64,000 bases of DNA from Polyangiales bacterium (GTDB taxonomy: Bacteria > Myxococcota_A > Polyangia > Polyangiales > Ga0077539), in the NCBI GenBank assembly GCA_041389825.1, contig JAWKRC010000007.1:189093-253092 (forward strand), written 5' to 3'. A program made the position numbers and the translations under genes. Below are positions 9,967 to 19,579 of the stretch, one piece after another. The notes beneath the pieces were generated by a model, which saw nothing but the letters and a program-made list of their open reading frames with translations, was not told where the DNA came from and did no database searches. Numbering within the stretch: the stretch's first letter is position 1; each line of letters opens with the position of its first letter.

Positions 9967-10693
9967 GTGCGTTCCGCCCTCGTCTTCGTCCTCGCGCTCG
10001 GGTGCGCCCACGCGCACACCGCTGTCGCCCCTTCCACCGGGCCCGTGTCGCTCTCGCCCCTCGTCGAGAACGTCTACGTCCACACCTCGTGGGGCACCGT
10101 GTCGAGCGGGACCTACCCCGCCAACGGACTCCTCGTCTGCGAGCCCGACGCCGGACTCCTCGTCGACACGCCCTGGACCAACGCGCAGACCGATCAGCTC
10201 CTCGCCATCGCGCAGCAGCGCGGGTGCCCCGTGCGCGCGCTGGTTGTCACGCACTTCCACGACGACCGCATGGGCGGGATCGACACCGTGCTGCGCCACG
10301 GCATCGCGACCTGGGCGACGCAGGCCACCGTCGACCTCGCGCATCGCGAGGGGTGGCGACCACGCATCCTCGACTCGCCCGGCGTCGTCCGCATCGGAGG
10401 CAGCGCCGCGGAGGTCTTTTTCCCCGGTGAGGCGCACACCCGCGACAACGTGGTCGTGTGGCTCGACGCGACGCGCGTGCTCTTCGGCGGCTGCATGATC
10501 CGCGCGGCCGCGGGCGACTCGCTCGGCAACACCGCCGACGGGGAACGTCGCCGCCTACGCCGCGAGCGTGCAGGCGGTGATCGACCGCTACCCCTCCGCC
10601 GAACGGGTGGTGCCGGGGCACGGCGACGCGGGCGGACCCACGCTCCTCACGCACACGCTCACCCTCGCCCGTAGCGCGCGACCCGCGGACTGA
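9967..10693 (+). CDS. Subclass B1 metallo-beta-lactamase-like protein; apparent 1-nt insertion in a G-run near 10545
   Basis: Signal/lipobox VFVLALGCAHA. HFHDDRMGG (VIM has HFHDDRVGG). FGGCMIRA (Cys221 region). After GNTADG the conserved tail NVAAYAASVQAVIDRYPSAERVVPGHGDAGGPTLLTHTL sits in the +1 frame. Confidence 0.75.
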
Positions 10694-10806
10694 GCGACGT
10701 CGAAATCGCGACTCCACCGTCGCTCCGCGCGGGTGGGTGCTCTCCCCACCGCGATCACGGGAGCCCCACGGTTTCACGCGTCGCGGCCCGTACTACCATC
10801 GCCGCC

Positions 10807-12587
10807 ATGCGGAGCGTGATCGTCACCTTGATCGCGGCGTACTTCCTCGCGGCGTGCAGCACCGGACGCACCCTCGACGGCGACGCGTTCGACGACGCGT
10901 CGGTGACACCCTCCGACGACCTCGGGAGCGACGAGACCTTCGACTGGGGCGACGACCCGCCACCGCCCGGCGAGGGCGAAGACGACCCCTTCCCCGAGGA
11001 GGACGCGGGGCCCAAGGAGCCTGACCCCGAGTACTGGGCCGAAGACGCCGGCGAGCCGCCCGACCCCGAACCCCCGCCCGAAGACACCGACGCGGGCGCC
11101 TTCCCGGTGACGACTCTGCGGGCACACCCTTCCCCGTCGACGCGTCGACGCCGCTCCCCGCGGACTGTCACACCACCGCGGGCCCGCTGAGCTGGTCGTG
11201 CGACGGGCCCATCGCGGGGCAGCGCTGCGTCAACGTGAGCGAGCCCTCAGACAGCCACGGCTGGAGCGACAACCACGTCTGCTCCACCGTCGACATGGGG
11301 CTGCGCTGGTCGAACAGCGGCCCCATCGCCGGGATGCGCTGCACCGCGATCACCGAGCCCGGCGACCCCGACGGGTGGGGCGACAACTTCCTCTGCCTGC
11401 CGAACGACAGCCAGTTCTCCCTCGGGTGGAGCAACGCGGGCCCCATCCCGGGTCGGCTGTGCTTCCCGTGGGTCGAGCCGCAGGAGTCGTCGGTCTGGCG
11501 CGACAACCAGCTCTGCGTCTGGTGGCGCGCCGTCGACCCCGCGCCCCAACCCTCGCTGCCGCGCTATCGGGCCGTGTTCTCGTCGCGCTCGGGCACCAAC
11601 GCCGCCGACGGCGCGGTCGAAGACGCCATCGTCGACCTCATCGACCGGGCCGTGCCCGCGTCTCGCGTGCGCGTGGCCGTGTACCGCTTCACCCGCGCGC
11701 GGCCCGCGACGGCGCTCATCCAGGCCGCGCAGCGCGGCGTCGACGTGCGGGTCGTCGTCGACGGAGACGCCGAAGACAGCCCGGGCAGCGAGGTGCCACG
11801 GCTGATCTCCGCGCTCGGTCGCTCGCGCGTCACGGTGTGCGGCGCGCCCGGAACGGCCTGCCTCGGCACCGGGATCATGCACCACAAGACCTTCCTCTTC
11901 TCCGAGCTCGACGACGGCTCGCGGAACGTGGTGCTCCAGGCGTCGCACAACCTCACGACGGGGCAGCTCACGCGGCACAACAACGCCGTGATCATCCGCG
12001 GAGACTCGAACCTCTTCGCGGCCTACGAGCGCGCCTTCGCCGACCAGCGCCGCGACACCGTGCACGCGAACTACTACCGCGTCGCGAGCGGGAACTTCCG
12101 CACGCGCGGGTACTTCTACCCGCGGGAGTCGGGCGACACGGTGGCGGGGGTGATCGACAACGTGTCGTGCGCGGGCACGGCGCGCATCCGGGTGGCGATG
12201 GCCTTCTTCACCGACGCGCGCCTTCAGGTGGCGCGGGCCCTCGCGCGGCGGGCGCAGGCCGGGTGCGACGTGCAGGTGGTGATCGGGAACGCGGGCATCC
12301 CCGCGGGGCGGCAGGCGCTCGCGGCGCTGCGCGACGGCGGCGCGCGCGTGACGCTCTACCCGGCGCGCGGAGGCAACTGGGCGCTGCACTCGAAGTACCT
12401 GCTCATCGACGCCCGCTACGCCGGGTCGAGCGCGAACCGCAGGCTGGTGTTCACCGGCTCGCACAACTGGACGGGCGGCGCGCTGCGGCGCAACGACGAG
12501 ACGATGCTGCGGGTGGAGAACGACGACGTCTTCGCGGCCTTCATGGCCGACTGGGCGCACGTCCGCGACTCCGCCGGGAGGCGGTGA
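10807..12587 (+). CDS. Phospholipase D-superfamily (2x HKD) lipoprotein with N-terminal Cys-repeat module; apparent frameshift near 11105
   Basis: Lipobox LAACSTG, acidic disordered linker. The repeat domain continues upstream of the annotated GTG in another frame (LSWSCDGPIAGQRC...). HKD motifs HHKTFLFSELDD and LHSKYLLID. Confidence 0.7.
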
Positions 12588-12667
12588 GAGACGGCCGCGG
12601 CCTGCCGCCCGCGATTCGCCTCCCGACGGGTCGACCCGGCCCCCTCGGCGCGCTACCCCGCGCCGCC

Positions 12668-13684
12668 ATGCCCAGCCCCGCCCACGAGTCCCTCGTCGCG
12701 TTGCTCTCGGAGCGCCCCGAGCTGCTCGACCAGCTCCTTCGCGCGCTCGGTCACCCTGGATTGCCCGCCGGGCTCACGGTGGTCGACGCGGCGGTGCGCG
12801 TGGTCGACCCGCTGGAGGTGCGCCCCGACCTGCTCCTGTTCGCCCGCGGAGAGCGCGGCCCCTGGGTCATCGTCGAGGTGCAGCTCACCCGTGACCCCGA
12901 GAAGATCCGGCGGTGGCTCGCCGTGGTCGGCGCGCTCATCGACGCCCGCGCCGCGATGGGCGACCTCATCATCCTGACGCACGACGCCTCGGTTTCCCGT
13001 TGGGCCGAGGAGGCCATCTCTCTGTGCAGCCCCGCAGGTACGACGCTTCAGTTGAAGCCCATCGTGGTGCGCCTCACGCGCGCCGAGGCCACGCCGCTCC
13101 TCGCGTCGGGTGAGCCGGAGCTCGCAGTGCTCGCGGCGTGGGCGGTGCACGATCAGCGGGGCGCCGACGCTCAGGCCGTGGTGCGCGCGGCGGTCGACGC
13201 GATCGGCGCGGCGCCCGACCCGAGCTTGCAGGTGGGGTTGATGCGCGCGATGGTGTCGATGCTCAACGACGCGCTCGTCGCGGTGGTCCGGGAGACGATC
13301 ATGAAGCCGCAAGTGCGAGAGAACCCCGCGTGGGAACTGATCAAGAGCGACCTCTACGCGGTCGTGAAGGCCGAGGCCGAGGCGAAGGGGCTGGCCACGG
13401 GGCTGGCCAAGGGGCTGGCCACGGGGCTGGCCAAGGGGCTGGCTGAGGGCAAGGCCGAGGGCAAGGCCGAGGGCAAGGCCGAGGGCAAGGCCGAGGGCAA
13501 GGCCGAGGGCAAGGCCGAGGGCAAGGCCGAGGCGCTCCTCACGCTGCTCACCGCTCGCGGGATCGCGGTCCACGACGAAGCCCGCACGAGCATCAGGGGC
13601 TGCACCGACGTCGCCGTCCTCGATCGGTGGATCATCCGCGCCGCCACCGCTACGTCGATCGATCAGGTGCTCGGCGCAGACTGA
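12668..13684 (+). CDS. PD-(D/E)XK-like / DUF4351-like protein (Rpn/YhgA-like family); paralog of 36990..37985
   Basis: N-terminal PDLLLFARGERGPWVIVEVQ nuclease-like core. Internal KGLA/EGKA repeats. C-terminus ALLTLLTARGIAVHDEART...LDRWIIRAATA resembles DUF4351. Confidence 0.6.
   Translation: MPSPAHESLVALLSERPELLDQLLRALGHPGLPAGLTVVDAAVRVVDPLEVRPDLLLFARGERGPWVIVEVQLTRDPEKIRRWLAVVGALIDARAAMGDLIILTHDASVSRWAEEAISLCSPAGTTLQLKPIVVRLTRAEATPLLASGEPELAVLAAWAVHDQRGADAQAVVRAAVDAIGAAPDPSLQVGLMRAMVSMLNDALVAVVRETIMKPQVRENPAWELIKSDLYAVVKAEAEAKGLATGLAKGLATGLAKGLAEGKAEGKAEGKAEGKAEGKAEGKAEGKAEALLTLLTARGIAVHDEARTSIRGCTDVAVLDRWIIRAATATSIDQVLGAD
13381..13535 (+). repeat. 12-nt periodic in-frame tandem repeat (gggctggccacg/aag x5, then ggcaaggccgag x7)
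   Basis: Read directly in sequence; encodes GLATGLAKGLATGLAKGLAEGKAEGKAEGKAEGKAEGKAEGKAE. Confidence 0.85.
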
Positions 13685-13744
13685 GCGCACACCGCTCCTC
13701 GGGACGCGCCTCGCCCCTCGCGGCGTTCTCCGCTCGCTCGCACC

Positions 13745-15646
13745 ATGCGCCCCTCGTCACGACTCCTCCGCGCGCTCTCGATCGCCGCTGTCGCGGTCGC
13801 GCTCGTCGCGCAGGTGCGCTCGCCCACCCACGCCGCGGCCGTCCTCGGCTGGCTCGCCGTGGTGCTCGCGGTGGGCCCGCGCATCAACGCCGGCACCGGC
13901 GCGCAGATCATCCTCATGGGCTTCTCGGCCCTCGCCGCGGTCTTCGTCGCGCAGGCCACCGCCCTCGGAGACGACGACGGCCGCCCCCGGCTCGTCGAGG
14001 GCTTCGCCATGGCCGCGACCGCCCTCTTCGCCGCCGCCTCGGTGCGCCGCGCCGTGAAGGCCACCTTCGGCGACGTGCGCGCCGACTTCGCCTTCGACGC
14101 CTTCGCCCTCGTCGCCTGCGCCCAGATGCGCCTGCACCCCGTCGCGCTCGCCGCCGTCGGCGCGTGGCTCCTCACCTCGCTCCTCGCGCTGCGCACCGAG
14201 GGCGGGGCCTCGCTCCCGCTGCGGCGGCTCCCGCGCCGAAACCTCGTCGCGCTCGCGATGATGGTCGTCGTCAGCGCGGGGCTCGCGGTGGGCGCCGCGC
14301 GCGGCCTGCGCGAGTTCTACGGCTGGGTCTCGGCGCGGATGATCCACGCGCTCGAAGACGACGTCTCCAGCGGCTTCGACGACCGCTTTGACCTCGGCGC
14401 GCTCTCGACGCTGCTGCAGTCCGAGGAGCTCGTCCTGCGCATCCAGGGCCCCGCGCCGGAGCACCTCCGCGGGAGCACCTTCGACCGGTATCAACGCGGT
14501 CGATGGCGGAGCTCTCGGGGATTCGCCCACCGCATCGTGCGCGTCCCCCGGGGGCCCATCGAGGGCGACGGGGTGATCTCCATCGAGCGCGTGGGAGGCG
14601 TCGGCGGGTGGTATTTCCTCCCGCTGGAGACGGGCCGCTTCGCGACGGAAGAGGGCGGCGCGCGCCTCGACCCGCTGGGCACCGTGCGCGCGATCCCCGG
14701 AGACCCCGGCCACCGCTGGTGGGTCACGCTCGGCCCGCGCGACGCGCTCGTGCCCGATCCCCCCACGGCGCGCGACACCGAGGTGCCCGAGGCCCTCGTC
14801 GACCCGCTGCTCTCGACGGCGCGCGCGTGGGCCGAGGGCGCCCGCGGCAACGACGACACCATGGCGCGGCTCACGGACAACCTCCGCGCGCGCTACCGAT
14901 ACTCCCTGCGCTTCTCGCGCGGTCGCACGGACCCGGTGCTGGATTTCCTCTACGTGCACCGCGAGGGGCACTGCGAGTACTTCGCGTCGGCGCTCGCGCT
15001 CCTCGGTCGCACGATGGGCGTTCCCACGCGGGTGGTGGGCGGCTACCGCGTGGCCGAGCGCAACCCCTACACGAACGAGTGGATGGTGCGCGAGATGAAC
15101 GCCCACGCCTGGGTCGAAGCGTGGGGCGACGACCACCGCTGGCACACCTGGGACGCGACGCCCGCCGACGGGCTCCCGCAGAACCAGCGGCACCAGACCG
15201 AGCGCTGGCGCGGGCTGCGCGAGGCGCTCACGTACTTCGCGGCGGCCGTGCAGCGCTGGGTGCTCGCGCGCACCGCGTGGCAGATGCTCGGCGCCGCGGG
15301 CGTGATGCTCGCGGTGTGGCTCGTGTACCGGAGGTTCCAGCCGCCCGAGGGGCCCGCGGTGGTGGGCCTCGACCCGCGCGACCTGCCGACGCCCGCCTGG
15401 ACGGCGCTGGAGACGGCCCTGGGCTCCCGCGGGATCACCCGCGCGAAGGGAGAGACCCTGGAGCGCTTCGCGGCGCGCGTGCGAGAGAGCGCGCTCCTCG
15501 ACGCGGAGTCCCGCGACGGCGCGGGCAGGGCCATCGAGGGCTACGCCGCGTGGCGCTACGGGAACCTCGGCGACGACGCCGCCGTGCGCGCGTCGCTCGA
15601 CGGCGCGAGGACGGCGCTGCGCGCGGCGAAGCCGACCGAGAGCTGA
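13745..15646 (+). CDS. Transglutaminase-like membrane protein (DUF3488/TGase core), usual third component of MoxR-DUF58 modules
   Basis: N-terminal multi-TM region. TGase core FLYVHREGHCEYFASALALLGRTMGVPTRVVGGY...AHAWVEAW. Late TM segment. Confidence 0.85.
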   Translation: MRPSSRLLRALSIAAVAVALVAQVRSPTHAAAVLGWLAVVLAVGPRINAGTGAQIILMGFSALAAVFVAQATALGDDDGRPRLVEGFAMAATALFAAASVRRAVKATFGDVRADFAFDAFALVACAQMRLHPVALAAVGAWLLTSLLALRTEGGASLPLRRLPRRNLVALAMMVVVSAGLAVGAARGLREFYGWVSARMIHALEDDVSSGFDDRFDLGALSTLLQSEELVLRIQGPAPEHLRGSTFDRYQRGRWRSSRGFAHRIVRVPRGPIEGDGVISIERVGGVGGWYFLPLETGRFATEEGGARLDPLGTVRAIPGDPGHRWWVTLGPRDALVPDPPTARDTEVPEALVDPLLSTARAWAEGARGNDDTMARLTDNLRARYRYSLRFSRGRTDPVLDFLYVHREGHCEYFASALALLGRTMGVPTRVVGGYRVAERNPYTNEWMVREMNAHAWVEAWGDDHRWHTWDATPADGLPQNQRHQTERWRGLREALTYFAAAVQRWVLARTAWQMLGAAGVMLAVWLVYRRFQPPEGPAVVGLDPRDLPTPAWTALETALGSRGITRAKGETLERFAARVRESALLDAESRDGAGRAIEGYAAWRYGNLGDDAAVRASLDGARTALRAAKPTES

Positions 15647-15672
15647 ACAGGCGATGAGGCTCCCGAAGCACG

Positions 15673-15716
15673 GGAGGGGGGTGCGCGGAGCCCAGGAGGG
15701 GGGTGCGCGGAGCCCA
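15673..15716. repeat. Perfect 22-nt direct tandem duplication (ggaggggggtgcgcggagccca x2)
   Basis: Seen directly, 27 nt after the transglutaminase stop, between convergent genes. Confidence 0.8.
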
Positions 15717-15823
15717 GGGCAACCCTCATGGGAGCCGGGAGGTGGACTTCATCGAGGACGGGGTCGGGCTTCCAGAAGACGGGAGCGCGGCTCCTCGAAG
15801 CAGGGAGGAGGGTTCCGCGAAGG

Positions 15824-16357
15824 TCAGGTCCCCGCTTCGGAGAGCAGGTCCCTGAGCGCGACGCGGGACGGGGCCGAGCCCTGCTCCCGCGCGTAGAGGG
15901 CTTCGAGCGCGGCGAGCACGGTGGAGAGCGTCTCTTGATCGAGCACGCAGTCAGGGTCGGCCGCCGCGGGACCTCCTTCGGTGAAGTTGAGCTCGCACGC
16001 GCTCACCACGGGCAGCCCCCGCCGGTCGCGCGTCTTCACCGGGACCCCGTGCGACCGACACACCAGCGGCCGCGCCGCGTACACCCCGCAGCGGCCGTCG
16101 TCGCCGAGCGCCGCGCAGCGACCCTCGCGCGCCGCCCTCGCCCGCGCGCGCAGCGCCTCCCGCTCCTCCACGGAGAGCGTCGCGAGGAAGGCCCGCACCG
16201 CCGCGGCCTCCACCCCGGTCACGTCGAGGGAGACGTGGCAGCACGACTCACACCCCTCGGCGCAGCGCATCCGGTCGCCGTGCCTCGACCACACCCGCGC
16301 GAAGAACGCGTCGACCTTCGCCGTGAGCGCGCCGTAGCGCGCGAGCGCCTCGCTCAC
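15824..16357 (-). CDS. YkgJ-family (UPF0153) putative Fe-S/zinc cluster protein
   Basis: CAEGCESCCHV...C...C Cys cluster. GTG start overlaps upstream stop (GTGA). Confidence 0.65.
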   Translation of the reverse strand: MSEALARYGALTAKVDAFFARVWSRHGDRMRCAEGCESCCHVSLDVTGVEAAAVRAFLATLSVEEREALRARARAAREGRCAALGDDGRCGVYAARPLVCRSHGVPVKTRDRRGLPVVSACELNFTEGGPAAADPDCVLDQETLSTVLAALEALYAREQGSAPSRVALRDLLSEAGT

Positions 16358-17694
16358 CCCAGGCCCGCCCGCGCGCGCACCTTCGCGCCCTGCGCCCGCG
16401 CGTCCGAGAGCACGCGCTCCTCGTCCATCGTGGTGAGCTCGCCGAAGCGCACCAGCACGCGGCCGTCGACCAGCACGTGCCGCACGTCGCCCGCGCGCGC
16501 CGCGTAGACCACCCGCGCGTCGGGGCCTCCGCCCGGCTCGCAGTGCAGCCGCGTGAGGTCGACCACCGCGATGTCGGCCCGCTTGCCCACCTCGATCGAC
16601 CCCACCTCGGCGTCGATCCCCAGCGCGCGCGCGCCGCCGATGGTCGCCATGCGCAGCACCGTGCGCGCCGGGAGCGCCGTCGTGTCGCCCATCCGCTTCG
16701 CGAGGAGCGCCGCGTGCCGCATCTCGACGAAGGCGTCGAGGTTGTTGTTGCACGGCGCGCCGTCGGCCCCGAGGCCCACCACCACGCCGCGCTTGAGCAT
16801 CCGCGCGACCTTCGCCACGCCCGAGCCCAGCTTCAGGTTCGCGCTCGGGCAGTGCGCGACGCGCGTGCCGAGCTTCGCCACGCGGCGCCGCTGCTCGGCG
16901 GTGAGCTGCACGCCGTGGGCGAGCACCGTGTCGGGGCCCGCGAAGCCCCACTCCTCGAGCGCGTCGACGTCGTCGCGGCCCAGCGCCGCGCGCACCGCGG
17001 CCTTCTCTCCGGGGTGCTCCGAGGCGTGGGTGTGCAGCCACGCGCCGCGCTTGCGCGCCATCACCGCCGACTGACGGAACAGGGCCTCGGTGCACGAGAG
17101 CACGAAGCGCGGAGAGAACGCGTAGCGGAGCCGTCCCCCCTCGGCGCCGTGCCAGCGGTCACAGAGCGCCTCGCTCTCGGCGAGGCTCTCGTCGGTGGTC
17201 TCTCGCAGCCCCGCGGGGACGTCGTCGCCCGCGTCCATCATCGTCTTGCCCGAGACCGCGCGCAGGCCCGAGGCGGCGAGCACCTCGAAGACCGCGTCGT
17301 GGTGGTGCACCGTGCCCATGTCGAGGATGGCCGTGGTGCCCCCCTTGAGCATCTCGGCCACGCCCAGCGCCGCCGACGCGCGGAGGGACTCGGGGTCGTG
17401 CGCGGCCTCGAGCGGCCAGATGCGCGCCTTCAGCCACTCGAGGAGCGGCAGGTCGTCGGCCATCCCGCGGAAGAGCGCCTGACACAGGTGCACGTGCGCC
17501 TGCACGAAGCCCGGGATCACCGCGCAGCCGCGCGCGTCGAGCACCCGCATCGGAGACGCCGGCCGGTGCGAGAGCCGCCGCGCCTCGTCGCCGACGGCCA
17601 CGACGCGCTCGCCGCGCACGAGCACGTCGCCGTCGAAGATCCGGTGGTGGGGGTCGCAGGTGACCACCGTGCCTCCCCTCAGGAGCAGGTCCAT
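16354..17694 (-). CDS. Amidohydrolase (MtaD/SsnA/guanine-deaminase-like)
   Basis: PGFVQAHVHL metal-binding HxH, HASE, GLGADGAPCNNNLD motifs of the TIM-barrel amidohydrolase family. Confidence 0.85.
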   Translation of the reverse strand: MDLLLRGGTVVTCDPHHRIFDGDVLVRGERVVAVGDEARRLSHRPASPMRVLDARGCAVIPGFVQAHVHLCQALFRGMADDLPLLEWLKARIWPLEAAHDPESLRASAALGVAEMLKGGTTAILDMGTVHHHDAVFEVLAASGLRAVSGKTMMDAGDDVPAGLRETTDESLAESEALCDRWHGAEGGRLRYAFSPRFVLSCTEALFRQSAVMARKRGAWLHTHASEHPGEKAAVRAALGRDDVDALEEWGFAGPDTVLAHGVQLTAEQRRRVAKLGTRVAHCPSANLKLGSGVAKVARMLKRGVVVGLGADGAPCNNNLDAFVEMRHAALLAKRMGDTTALPARTVLRMATIGGARALGIDAEVGSIEVGKRADIAVVDLTRLHCEPGGGPDARVVYAARAGDVRHVLVDGRVLVRFGELTTMDEERVLSDARAQGAKVRARAGLG

Positions 17695-17788
17695 CGCGCC
17701 CCGGATGGTGCCCGCCCCACGCCCGCGGGTCTACCGCGACCTTCACCACATGGACGCACCCCCGCAGTTCCGGTATTGGGCAACTGTC

Positions 17789-19574
17789 ATGAAGCGCGTG
17801 TCCTTGCTTGCGTGCGCGACGCTCTCCCTGGGCCTCGCCGCCTGCTCCGCCGAGCCCGACCGCTGGATCCCCGTCCGCGACAGCGGCACCAGCGGCACCC
17901 TCGACGGCGGCCGCACCTCCTGCGACCCCTCACAGATCTACTGCAACGGCAACGAGACCTACACGTGCGCCGAAGACGGCACCGTGCTCACGCGCCAGAC
18001 CTGCAGCGGCGCGACGCCCATCTGCGCCCCCGGCGTCGGGTGCCGCGTGTGCGTGCCGGGCACCAGCCGCTGCGACCCGTCCTCCCCCAACCGCGCGCAG
18101 ACCTGCGCCCCCGACGGCAGGAGCTACAGCGACGGCATCGCCTGCAACGAGGCCGACGGCGAGATGTGCGTGAGCGGCGCGTGCGTCTCGCGCTGCTCCG
18201 ACAGCGCCCTCGGCCGCTCGTACCTCGGCTGCGACTACTGGCCCACGGTCACCGCCAACGGCGCGCTCGACCCGAACTTCACCTTCGCCGTCGTGCTCTC
18301 GAACCCGCAGACCTACGCCGTGCGCGAGCATCACCGGCGGCGCCCTCACCGCCCCGCTCACGGTGAACCTCTCCCCCGGCGCCATCGAGACCGTCACCCT
18401 GCCCTGGGTGAACGACCTCGTGCAGTTCGACCCGCGCTGCGTGCCCGTCCGCGGCGGCGCCTGCCGCGGCACCGCCCCGCCGCCCACGTCGACCCTGCGC
18501 CGCGGGGGCGCGTACCACGTGCACACCAACGGCCCCATCGCCGCGTACCAGTTCAACCCGCTCACCTACGAGCGCTCGACGGGCTACTTCTCGTACACCA
18601 ATGACGCCTCGCTGCTCCTCCCGCAGGGCGTCTTGCGCCAGCGCTACATCGTCTCGACCTGGCCCAACGCCTACTCCGGCGGAGAGACCTCCGGCGGCTT
18701 CGTCGCCATCACCGCCGTGAGCGGCGAGTCGACGGTCGTCACGGTGCGCCCCACGGTGAACGTCTCAGCGGGCCTGGGCGTGCCCGCCATCGCCCGCGGC
18801 GCCACGCGCGAGTTCTCTCTCCAGCCCGGCGACGTGCTCGAGCTCCTCGGCGACGGCCCCGGGGACCTCACCGGCACCACCATCGAGTCGTCGCTCCCCG
18901 TGGCCGTGTACGTGGGCCACAACTGCACCACCATCCCCTCGACGCGCCCCGCGTGCGACCACTTGGAGGAGCAGCTCTTCCCCAACGAGACGTGGGGCCG
19001 CGACTACTTCGTCTCGGCGCTGCGCGACCGCGGGCCGACGATCCCGTCGATCATCCGCGTGATGTCGCAGGCCGACGGCAACCAGATCACCTTCGACCCG
19101 CCCACCGCGGGCCAGAACCGCACCCTCAACGCGGGAGAGTTCTTCGAGTTCTCCTCGGTGAACCACTTCCGCATCCAGGGCAGCCAGGCCTTCCTCGTGA
19201 CGCAGTTCATGGTGGGCCAGGGCCCCGCCTCCAGCGCGGGCACCGGCGCCGGAGACCCCGCGATGGTCTTCGAGGTGCCCGTGCAGCAGTTCCGCAACAG
19301 CTACGACTTCTACGTCCCCGCGACGTACCCGACGAACTACCTCAACGTCGTCGCCCCCGAGGGCACGCAGCTCACCCTCGACGACGCGCCCTTCACCGGC
19401 ACCCCCGACAGCGTCGCGGGCTTCAGCGTGTACGCCCAGCGCGTCACCGCGGGCCCGCACCGCATCCGCTCCACCAACAACCAGGGCTTCGGCATCAAGG
19501 TCTACGGCATCGCCCCGTACACCTCGTACATGTACCCCGGCGGGCTCGACCTGCAGCTCATCACCCCGGGCTGA
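17789..19574 (+). CDS. Secreted lipoprotein with N-terminal Cys-rich repeats and large C-terminal beta domain; apparent frameshift near 18320
   Basis: ATG 17789, signal LLACATLSLGLAACS. About 20 Cys in the first 150 aa. Frame changes from frame 2 to frame 0 (…NPQTYAVR / CASITGGALTAPL…) with coherent protein on both sides. Confidence 0.55.
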
Positions 19575-19579
19575 CCGCG

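Noticed and set aside
13381-13535. CRISPR array
   Set aside because: The repeats have 12-nt period with no spacers, are in-frame inside a CDS, and encode GLAK/EGKA. No cas genes are present.
11198-13684. 828-aa ORF spanning the PLD gene and the downstream gene
   Set aside because: The first 490 codons overlap the PLD gene in another frame and are Arg-rich. The real gene starts at ATG 12668.
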